A program made the position numbers and the translations under genes. From an uncultured Bacilli bacterium (lineage in GTDB: Bacteria > Bacillota_I > Bacilli_A > RF39 > UBA660): a stretch of DNA of 58,085 bases. Below the pieces are notes generated by a model, which was given only the letters and a program-made list of their open reading frames with translations, did not search any database and was not told where the DNA came from. Location of the stretch: contig CAKOHQ010000001.1 of the NCBI GenBank assembly GCA_934085875.1, positions 1-58,085 of the forward strand, in the 5' to 3' direction. Shown here in pieces: positions 1 to 7,902 of this stretch (position 1 is the stretch's first letter; the number at the start of each line of letters is the position of its first letter).

Positions 1-399
1 ATATATAATTTTGTAGATAACGATTATATGAATTTATATACATATTATTTTGAGTTTAGATCTAATAATGATAATTGTGTTGGAGATGTGATAAGTACTA
101 AAAAAATAATAAAACCAATTTTTAATGCATATTCAATATTTTCTATATGTAAATATGAAGGTATGGAAAATTATAAGGGTTGTAATAAATTTATTACTAA
201 AAGAAATAATTTAAATGAAAGTCAATTTATTGATGGTGCTAATAAATATTATGATTCTTTAAATGCTAAAAATGATAATAAAGATGATAAAAAAAATGAT
301 TTTAAAAAGTATTATATATATGGTGGCATTTGTATTATTTTAATTATAATTATTATAGTTGTTGTTATTAGAATAAGAAAGAAGAGAAGTGAGTTATGA
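1..399 (+). CDS. C-terminal part of a membrane-anchored surface protein (5' end probably outside the window)
   Basis: The frame is open from nt 1, with no stop before the ATG at 28. A C-terminal hydrophobic helix IYGGICIILIIIIIVVVI is followed by RIRKKR. The TGA stop overlaps the next start (ATGA). Confidence 0.5.
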   Translation: MYNFVDNDYMNLYTYYFEFRSNNDNCVGDVISTKKIIKPIFNAYSIFSICKYEGMENYKGCNKFITKRNNLNESQFIDGANKYYDSLNAKNDNKDDKKNDFKKYYIYGGICIILIIIIIVVVIRIRKKRSEL

Positions 400-3300
400 T
401 AAGAAATGTTAAGTATTTTATATTTGTTTTGTTATTTAGTTTTCTTTTTTCTTTAAATGTTGATGCGGGAATCTGTGATGGTAAATATAAAATAAATAAT
501 TCTGATAATACATGTAAAATTGATACTGCATATCATTTTAGATGGGGACCTAGTAGCAATCACAATAATGATTTGGGATATTCTTTATATGAAATAGTTA
601 ATAAACCTAATGAATATGGAATGTGTTTAGATCCTGGATTAAGTGAGCCATATAGAAAAGATGGAGCGCGTACACCTTATGATTATATTTATGCAAGAGA
701 ATTAAATATAGATAATGATAAAGATACAATTTTATATAAAATATATGAAAAATATGTTCATTCGATGGGAGATAATCCTAATAGTAAATTAGATTATTTA
801 AAATATTCAAATTTATTATATAGATTTTATATTATTGATTTTGGATGGGATATTTGTACAAAATATAAATGTAGTGAAGAAGCTTATTTGGAAAAGGTTG
901 ATGGAGATGTAACAAAAAGTAAATCACCTACTTTTGAAACAAGTGTAGCAGAAATAAGAAAAGAAATTAATGGTTTTAAGGTATGGGAAAACCCACTTTC
1001 ATATAAATCTGATGTAACATATAATTCAAGTACTCAACAATATACATTTAAGATAACGGTTAATTTTACTAATGGTACAAGTCAATTTTTTAGAAAAAAT
1101 GGAGAAGCTCCTGAATTGTGGCAAGGAGATTATGATGTTGGATATGGTAGAGCTTACTTTACATATTATCCTTTGCAAATTAATGGTGGAGCATATGATT
1201 TAGGTAATGCTGTAAGTTATACAGAAGTACCTAGTTATGGACAGGTTATTAGTGCTAATACAATTGCTAATCCTAATACACCATTAAATTTTGAACTTGT
1301 AATGAGTAAAGAAAAATATGATTCAATTAAAGAGCAACAGGGAAAAGTTTATGTTAATTTACCTTATGTAACTTATAATCCTATGAGTAGTGATAATGTT
1401 TATATATTAAAAGATCATACTTGTACTGATCAACAAATTGCAAATAATACATGTGATGCTAGTTTATTTAGTTCACATCAACGTATGGTCGTATTTACTA
1501 AGTATGAAAAACAAGGTAGTTTTATTGCTGGTGATGAAATTAAAACAAATCAAAATTTATGTGCACAAACTGAAAATAATTTTTACTTTAATAATTCACT
1601 TGTTTCAATCGAAGAATATAAAAATAAGTGTGGATGCGTTGGTATTAATTCTAGTGTTTTAACAAATACTGATAAAATAAATTATTATAATTCTAATTGT
1701 GTAACTTCTAAAGATAAAGAAGAACAAGTAATAGAGTCTACGTTAAGTGATTGTAATAATACTAACAATTCTTTGACGAAGAAAAGAAGTTATAATGTAA
1801 ATGAGTATTGTTCTATTACTTGTAATGAAACAATAAATTTATTGGATGAAACTTTGGTGCCTAAAAATTTAAGTGTTAAAGCTGGTACGTACTTTGATGC
1901 TCCTTCTCCAGTTGTGAATGCAAAGAAAGAATGTAATCTTGAAGTTAAGTATAATAATTGGAATTCAAAGTATACAGATTTAATTAGAGATGAAGTAGCA
2001 AAATATAATTCATATAGTAAATCCTATGCATTGGAAAATGTAAGCCCCGATAAGGAAACAGTATCATGTGGAACTAATCGTAGTGCAACAAGATATACAA
2101 TAAGTTATCAAGTTTATGACAATAATTTAAATAGCAGAAGTGAAACAATTTCATGGGGTGGATGTAGTAGTAGTGATAAACCTTCTCATGAAAACGTAAA
2201 TTATGCACAATCTGCTTTACAAACTGCAATTAGTAATATTCAAAATCATTTTAATAGTTTGAAAACTTGTAATAATTATTTAAATAGTGTTGGTGATGAT
2301 GATTCTTTCTACAATTTTCAATCTGATTTAAAATTTTATTATCAACAAAAATATTTTGATCAAGTAGGATATGTTTGGAATAATAATAAAACTGATGGTG
2401 AGGAAGATGATAGTTTCTTTGAAGTAAAATCTAATAAATTAGCATCTACTGGTAATTATTCAAATTATACAAGTGATGAAAAAAATTATTCATATATAAA
2501 TAATAATGGTGGTATTGAAGATAAGCAAGTAGGTAAAAATGAATATAATAATTATAATATTGATAGAACTATAACAGTTACAAATAAATATACTCCTAAA
2601 GATAAGTATGTAATGCCATTTACTGGTTTAATAACTAGTACAACGCCTTCTATTTATTTAGGTCAAGTTTATGATATAAACATAAAAACAATGCCACGTA
2701 CTTATAGTAATTACTATGAATTTACTAGTGTGGGTGAAGGTAATATAATTTATAATTATTTTAAAAGTACTAATAATGATAAGTTAAGAAGATATTGTAC
2801 TTATGAAGTTACTAATGAAGTTTTAGATTGTGTTGATAATAATTGTGGTAGTACAGATTTAAATGGTTGTAAAACAACTGAAAGTTGTGTCGATAATTCT
2901 AAATATTCTAATACTGATTTATTAACTACATTTAGGATAGTTGATTCTAAGAATATAGATCCTAATGGTAGATTAGAAAGTGAATATGAAAAAAATAAAA
3001 CTGGATTTAAAAATTGGAGAGATATAAAGGGAAGATTAGTTAAAGAAGCTTTAGAAAGTGAAGATACTTTTAATCCTGATAATATTAGCTATTCATTTAC
3101 TTTAGATAGTAAAACGATAGAGTTGATTAAAGAATATAATAAAACTACAAAATATACAGATAGTGATAAATTACAATGTAATTCTGCTGGAAATGAGTGT
3201 ATAAGTTCATTTATTACTGAAGCAAATAAGGATAAACCTTCAATAGGTGGTTCAAGTGATTGGAAAAAATTTGCAACTAATATTAGTGGTGGTAATAATT

Positions 3301-3473
3301 GGAATTATGTAGTATATGATTCTTCAACAAGAAAATTTAAAATTGAAACTAAATCTAAAACTATTGAAAGTAGTGGAAGTAAACAAGCTTTGACAGCTTT
3401 TCAAGATATGATAAAAAATTTAAGAGAAAATATTGATAGTGATGATGTTAAAAATAAAAATTTAAATCCATAA
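396..3473 (+). CDS. Large secreted cysteine-rich protein (1025 aa), function unknown
   Basis: Signal peptide MIRNVKYFIFVLLFSFLFSLNVDA with no further TM segment. Many Cys residues fall in short-spaced clusters (e.g. CVDNNCGSTDLNGCKTTESC). It is translationally coupled to the upstream ORF. No family motif recognised. Confidence 0.6.
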   Translation: MIRNVKYFIFVLLFSFLFSLNVDAGICDGKYKINNSDNTCKIDTAYHFRWGPSSNHNNDLGYSLYEIVNKPNEYGMCLDPGLSEPYRKDGARTPYDYIYARELNIDNDKDTILYKIYEKYVHSMGDNPNSKLDYLKYSNLLYRFYIIDFGWDICTKYKCSEEAYLEKVDGDVTKSKSPTFETSVAEIRKEINGFKVWENPLSYKSDVTYNSSTQQYTFKITVNFTNGTSQFFRKNGEAPELWQGDYDVGYGRAYFTYYPLQINGGAYDLGNAVSYTEVPSYGQVISANTIANPNTPLNFELVMSKEKYDSIKEQQGKVYVNLPYVTYNPMSSDNVYILKDHTCTDQQIANNTCDASLFSSHQRMVVFTKYEKQGSFIAGDEIKTNQNLCAQTENNFYFNNSLVSIEEYKNKCGCVGINSSVLTNTDKINYYNSNCVTSKDKEEQVIESTLSDCNNTNNSLTKKRSYNVNEYCSITCNETINLLDETLVPKNLSVKAGTYFDAPSPVVNAKKECNLEVKYNNWNSKYTDLIRDEVAKYNSYSKSYALENVSPDKETVSCGTNRSATRYTISYQVYDNNLNSRSETISWGGCSSSDKPSHENVNYAQSALQTAISNIQNHFNSLKTCNNYLNSVGDDDSFYNFQSDLKFYYQQKYFDQVGYVWNNNKTDGEEDDSFFEVKSNKLASTGNYSNYTSDEKNYSYINNNGGIEDKQVGKNEYNNYNIDRTITVTNKYTPKDKYVMPFTGLITSTTPSIYLGQVYDINIKTMPRTYSNYYEFTSVGEGNIIYNYFKSTNNDKLRRYCTYEVTNEVLDCVDNNCGSTDLNGCKTTESCVDNSKYSNTDLLTTFRIVDSKNIDPNGRLESEYEKNKTGFKNWRDIKGRLVKEALESEDTFNPDNISYSFTLDSKTIELIKEYNKTTKYTDSDKLQCNSAGNECISSFITEANKDKPSIGGSSDWKKFATNISGGNNWNYVVYDSSTRKFKIETKSKTIESSGSKQALTAFQDMIKNLRENIDSDDVKNKNLNP

Positions 3474-3557
3474 AAAATATATATATTAATTTTAATATTT
3501 ATGTTACAATGTATTAGGATAGATATGTGTTTCATATTTGTTGGAGGTGAATAAACT

Positions 3558-3959
3558 TTGAAAGAAAGTTTATGGGGGTATTGGTTAATATTACTAGGTA
3601 TAATTATTATAACTGTAATGATACTTTTACAAAATTATACTACTAGTGATCAACAAGATTATTATTTAGCTAAGGAAGTAACATATGCTGCAATGAATGA
3701 TGCAATTGATTATGGTTATTATAAAAAATATGGTGAATTAAAAATTATCGAACAAAAATTTGTTGAAAATTTTATAAGACGTTTTGCAGAAAGTGCTACA
3801 TTAAATAAAAAGTACACGATTAATTTTTATTCTATATATGAAACACCACCAGCTGTTTCAATAGAAATAAAAACTAATACTGGTGAGTTTCTAGTTGGAG
3901 AAGAAAATATTAATGCAGGTGTTACGACTAGGTTAACAGCTATATTAGAATTAAAATAG
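3558..3959 (+). CDS. Small N-terminally anchored protein, first gene of the pilus-type operon
   Basis: TTG start shortly after GGAGGTG. Single N-terminal TM segment WLILLGIIIITVMILL. A 10-nt gap separates it from the next gene. Confidence 0.45.
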   Translation: MKESLWGYWLILLGIIIITVMILLQNYTTSDQQDYYLAKEVTYAAMNDAIDYGYYKKYGELKIIEQKFVENFIRRFAESATLNKKYTINFYSIYETPPAVSIEIKTNTGEFLVGEENINAGVTTRLTAILELK

Positions 3960-3969
3960 GAGGAATAAT

Positions 3970-4812
3970 ATGGGAAATATAATGTTAAAGTTAAAAAGAT
4001 TTTTAGGAAATAAAAATACAGTTACTGTTTTATGTGTGTTAGCAGGTGTTGGAGTTTTATTGTTTGGATATAATTATAGAGTTAAACAAGCTGTACAACC
4101 TGTTAATGTACCTTATGCTCTTAAGAGAATGGAACCTAAAAGTAAAGTTGAAGCAGAAAATGTAGGAACTATTAAAGTTAGTGGTGCATTTGTTGAACAA
4201 ACTCAAGATTTAGTTACAAGTAAACAATATATTATGTCTAGTGAGTGGTATATAAATTATGATACTGTTATACCAGAGGGAGGATTATTTTATAAGTCTC
4301 AATTAGTTAAAAAAGAAGATTTACCTGATACTGCTTTTGATGATATAGATGAAGGGGCTACTATATTTAGTTTAAGTGTTGATAGTCATAGTACGTATGG
4401 TAATTCAATTATGCCTGGTAACTTTATAGATTTATATTTAAAAGCAACTGATGATAATGGAAAGGTTATTTTTGGTAAATTTATAGAAAGTATTAAAGTA
4501 TTGTCTGTTAGAGATTCGAGTGGTAATGATGTCTTTTCAGATAGTCAATCAAATAAAACAAGTAGTGAATTATTATTTGCTGTAAAAGATAATTTATTTA
4601 TGCTTTTAAGTGAAGCAAGTTTTGTAGGTGGTATAGATATTGTACCAGTTCCTCGTAATGCTCAATATAGAAACGAAGGAGATACAGAGAATGGTACTCA
4701 AGTTTCTAAACAAGAGTTAGTAGATTTTATATTAGAGAAAGTTTCTGAATTGAGTGATGAAATAGATTTAAATACTACTATGAATGATTTAAATACAAAT
4801 GCTGGAAATTAG
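3970..4812 (+). CDS. cpaB: CpaB/RcpC-like Flp-pilus assembly protein
   Basis: N-terminal TM segment (VLCVLAGVGVLLFG). The C-terminal pattern FSLSVDSHSTYGNSIMPGNFIDLYL...IKVLSV...ELLFAV...LLSEA resembles the RcpC/CpaB domain. It sits directly upstream of the secretion ATPase. Confidence 0.55.
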   Translation: MGNIMLKLKRFLGNKNTVTVLCVLAGVGVLLFGYNYRVKQAVQPVNVPYALKRMEPKSKVEAENVGTIKVSGAFVEQTQDLVTSKQYIMSSEWYINYDTVIPEGGLFYKSQLVKKEDLPDTAFDDIDEGATIFSLSVDSHSTYGNSIMPGNFIDLYLKATDDNGKVIFGKFIESIKVLSVRDSSGNDVFSDSQSNKTSSELLFAVKDNLFMLLSEASFVGGIDIVPVPRNAQYRNEGDTENGTQVSKQELVDFILEKVSELSDEIDLNTTMNDLNTNAGN

Positions 4813-4820
4813 GTGATGTT

Positions 4821-5903
4821 ATGAATGATACAGTGTTTTCACAATTAGATTTTGGTCCATTAAAAGAATTTTTGGAAACAGATGATATTACCGATATTTC
4901 ATATAGTAATGGTGGACAAATTTGGCTTAAATCATTAACTAAAGGTATTTATCAAGTTGATAGACCTGAAATAAATAATGCTATGATGGAAAAGTTAGCA
5001 TTTCAATGTTCTAATGTGATGGGGAAAACGTTTAATATGGCTTCTCCATTCTTAGATGCTGAAAGTGCTGAATTACGTATGAATTTTATACATGAATCTA
5101 TTAGTACTAATGGTATTGCTTGTGTTATACGTAAAACTCCTGCTAAGATTAGACTTAATAAAGATAAATTAATAAATGAAAGATATACAACTGTTGAGAT
5201 ACATGATTTTTTAATAAAGTGTGTTGAAGGGCATTGTAATATTATAGTTAGTGGAGAAACTGGTAGTGGTAAAACTGAGCTTGTTAAATATTTAGCTAGT
5301 TATACAAAAGAAAATGAAAAAATTATTACAATAGAGGATACTTTGGAATTACACTTAGATAAGATATTTCCACATAGAGATATTGTTGCTATTAAGACAA
5401 ATAATATTGCTAGTTATAGTGATGTATTAGTTAGTTGTATGAGACAAAATCCTAAATGGATATTATTATCTGAGGTACGTAGTGCTGAGGCTGTAATGGC
5501 AGTACGTAATAGTATTTCATCTGGACATAATATTTTATCTACAATACATAGTGATAAAGCTAGTAGTATACCAATGCGTATGTATAGTTTATTAGAAAGT
5601 AATCAAGATATAGATCAATTTTTAGCAAGTATACATAGGTATGTACAAATAGGTGTATATGTTAAAGGTTATTTTAGTAAAGAATTAAATAGATTTCAAA
5701 GAGAAATATTTGAAGTATGTGAATTTTATGTTAATGAAAAGAATCATGCTAAGAAAAATATAATTTATAAGAAATTTATGAATGGTAAATATCAAATACA
5801 GAATCCTACTAAGTATCTTTTAGATTATTTGAGTATACAAGGTGTTGTTTTACCTGATGATACATTTAGATTAGGTAGTGTTAATAAAGGAGAAGAAGAT
5901 TAG
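4821..5903 (+). CDS. tadA: TadA/CpaF-VirB11-type secretion ATPase (T2SS-E family)
   Basis: Walker A SGETGSGKTE, IITIEDTLEL, Walker B-like WILLSEVRSAEA, His box GHNILSTIHS, and the N-terminal ITDISYSNGGQIWL motif. Confidence 0.8.
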   Translation: MNDTVFSQLDFGPLKEFLETDDITDISYSNGGQIWLKSLTKGIYQVDRPEINNAMMEKLAFQCSNVMGKTFNMASPFLDAESAELRMNFIHESISTNGIACVIRKTPAKIRLNKDKLINERYTTVEIHDFLIKCVEGHCNIIVSGETGSGKTELVKYLASYTKENEKIITIEDTLELHLDKIFPHRDIVAIKTNNIASYSDVLVSCMRQNPKWILLSEVRSAEAVMAVRNSISSGHNILSTIHSDKASSIPMRMYSLLESNQDIDQFLASIHRYVQIGVYVKGYFSKELNRFQREIFEVCEFYVNEKNHAKKNIIYKKFMNGKYQIQNPTKYLLDYLSIQGVVLPDDTFRLGSVNKGEED

Positions 5904-5920
5904 AAGGGTGGTTATAATTA

Positions 5921-6817
5921 ATGTTAGAAAGTATTTTAATTATAGTCATAACTATTTTTGTACTAATAACTAGGTTTGGTAAGAATGATAGTGTTGAAAA
6001 CTCTTTTAAGGGTGGATATAAAAAAATAGTGTCTAAAGTTATTCCATATAATTATGATGATGTTAAAAAGAAAGCTAAGGAATTAGGACAATCTTTTGAT
6101 GCAAAACAATATACTTTGGAATTTGTATTGTTTTTGCTTGGTGGTGGTGGAGTGGCTTTCTTATATTTTAGAAGTTTAACATGGGCAATTATATATGGTT
6201 TTGTAGCAACTAGTTTTATTCCCTATTTAACTATATTAAAATATAAGAGAGTTTATAGTGAATATTTATTTGAATGCATTCAAACATATTGTACTAATGT
6301 AATTATGGAATTTAATACTACACAATCATTTGTTAAATCACTTGAAGGAGTAGTTGAAAGTGGAATACTTGAAGAACCTATCTTAAGTGATGTAAAACAT
6401 ATGATAGATATGTCTTATAAAAATGGTACAATTGATGAAAGTATTAAATGGTTTAATAATAAATATCCATATTATATGGTAAAAAATATGCATCAATTAT
6501 TTTTGCAAATAACTAATGAAGGTGCTAAAGATAGTGGAGAAAGTTTAGAAAATATGATGCTTGATATAGATGCTTTAGTAGAAGGTGTATATAGAGACAA
6601 GATGGATAGAAAAACATTTTATACTAAGTTTTTAACATTTGGTTTAGCATTATATTTGCTTGTTATGTTAATACAATTTTTATTAGGTGGAGTAAATTAT
6701 TTAAATATGTTAAATAAATGGTATGTACAATTAATATTACATTTGATAATTATACTTAACTCTTTCTTCTTAATTAAAGGAATTAAGTTTTATAATGAAG
6801 ATACGGGGGTTGAGTAA
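5921..6817 (+). CDS. TadB-like polytopic membrane protein (T2SS-F-type platform)
   Basis: One N-terminal TM segment, two central and two C-terminal. It lies immediately after the ATPase, with a 2-nt gap to the next paralogous-looking gene. Confidence 0.5.
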   Translation: MLESILIIVITIFVLITRFGKNDSVENSFKGGYKKIVSKVIPYNYDDVKKKAKELGQSFDAKQYTLEFVLFLLGGGGVAFLYFRSLTWAIIYGFVATSFIPYLTILKYKRVYSEYLFECIQTYCTNVIMEFNTTQSFVKSLEGVVESGILEEPILSDVKHMIDMSYKNGTIDESIKWFNNKYPYYMVKNMHQLFLQITNEGAKDSGESLENMMLDIDALVEGVYRDKMDRKTFYTKFLTFGLALYLLVMLIQFLLGGVNYLNMLNKWYVQLILHLIIILNSFFLIKGIKFYNEDTGVE

Positions 6818-6819
6818 AT

Positions 6820-7602
6820 ATGTTTATAGAAGCTGTTATAATAATTATATTAATATTTATTGTGCTTGAGGTTACAGGAAGTATTAGTTTAAATAAATTT
6901 ATTAAAGATAATCAAGAATATTTTAAAACATTAAAAGAAAGTGATTATGAATTTTTATTAAAAGCAAGATATGGAGATGGAATAGATTCTGATAGATTAT
7001 TTTCTGGAAGAATTAGAGATGGTGCTATTGTAATGGTACTTTGTATCTTCTTATTTATAAATGATTTAGATTATACTAAAGTTATTGTTTCAATTATTGC
7101 AGGTTTTGGAATGTTTAAATTGAGTTATATTAAGTTGAAAAGTTATTATAAAGCTCATTTACATGAAATTGATTCTATGCTTCCATATTATTTAAAAAGT
7201 TTAGAAATATTAATACAACATTATACTGTTCCTGTTGCAATTGGTAAAAGTATAGAAGATGCTCCTAAGATATTTCAAGAAGGTTTAAAAGAGTTGTTAC
7301 AGAAAATTAATGCAGGTGATTCTAGTATTACACCTTATATGGATTTTGCTAAAGAGTATCCTGTTCGAGATTCTATGAGAATGATGAGACTTTTATATAG
7401 ATTGGGTCTTGGAAGTCAAGAAAGAAAGCAAGAACAATTACTTCAATTTTCTAGATCTATTTCTAGTTTACAACAAAAGGCAAGAGAGACAAGATATAAA
7501 AATAGACTTGAAAAAATGGAAAGTAAAACAATGGTTATGTTGGTTTGTACTGGTGTTGGTGTAATGTTATTATTAATTATTTCAATAATGAATATGTTTT
7601 AG
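6820..7602 (+). CDS. TadC-like polytopic membrane protein (T2SS-F-type platform)
   Basis: Same topology class as the preceding gene. The soluble middle segment contains IDSMLPYYLKSLEILIQ. Assigned from operon position. Confidence 0.5.
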   Translation: MFIEAVIIIILIFIVLEVTGSISLNKFIKDNQEYFKTLKESDYEFLLKARYGDGIDSDRLFSGRIRDGAIVMVLCIFLFINDLDYTKVIVSIIAGFGMFKLSYIKLKSYYKAHLHEIDSMLPYYLKSLEILIQHYTVPVAIGKSIEDAPKIFQEGLKELLQKINAGDSSITPYMDFAKEYPVRDSMRMMRLLYRLGLGSQERKQEQLLQFSRSISSLQQKARETRYKNRLEKMESKTMVMLVCTGVGVMLLLIISIMNMF

Positions 7603-7613
7603 AGGTGTATATA

Positions 7614-7692
7614 ATGAAAAAGCAAAATGGTTTTACACTAATTGAAATAATAGTGTGTAGGTTTAATTGCTGTTATTGGTGTAGGAAGTTAA
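7614..7692 (+). pseudogene. Prepilin-like leader plus hydrophobic helix, frame-disrupted (mini-pilin or pilin remnant)
   Basis: AGAGGTG RBS, then MKKQNG|FTLIEIIV (a class III signal). After the GTGTGT run (7653-7658) the pilin-like hydrophobic continuation VGLIAVIGVGS* is in the +1 frame. It stops at 7692, 4 nt before a terminator. The in-frame reading (to 7775) runs through that terminator. Confidence 0.5.
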
Positions 7693-7696
7693 AATT

Positions 7697-7721
7697 AGAA
7701 GCTGAGTTGCTTCTTTTTTTT
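7697..7721 (+). terminator. Intrinsic terminator closing the pilus operon
   Basis: AGAAGC-TGAGTT-GCTTCT hairpin followed by T8. Confidence 0.6.
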
Positions 7722-7902
7722 GTGTGTGTAAAAATTTACGTGATATATACAGTTTGTTTACACACAGATATTTAATAATTGTAAATAATTATGTGTTAAT
7801 TTTAGATATTTGTTGGTATTCGAAAAAAAGTTAAAAAAAATTAAAGAAAAAAAAGGAAATACAAATTTTTCGATAATAATAAATAGTGAAGGGAGAAAAA
7901 TT

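Noticed and set aside
1438-1662. Short nested or antisense track ORFs: 1438-1662, 25468-25677, 28095-28292, 30562-30765, 34282-34542, 36533-36742, 39419-40054, 42071-42268, 50478-50747, 53583-53789, 55724-55906 and 57443-57631
   Set aside because: Each lies wholly inside a longer, motif-supported gene in another frame or strand and has low-complexity composition. They are treated as chance ORFs in AT-rich DNA.
396-3473. Thioester (TQXA-type) adhesin domain suggested by GMCLDPG near the N-terminus
   Set aside because: I could not find the partner TQxA(I/V)W-type glutamine motif downstream. The Cys-containing string alone is not diagnostic.
7545-7775. 76-aa track ORF spanning the tadC end, the pilin leader and beyond
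   Set aside because: Its first 23 codons overlap the tadC-like gene out of context. The RBS-supported start is at 7614. The 3' half is read through a hairpin plus T8 terminator and has an odd Cys/aromatic composition. It is reinterpreted as a frame-broken mini-prepilin.
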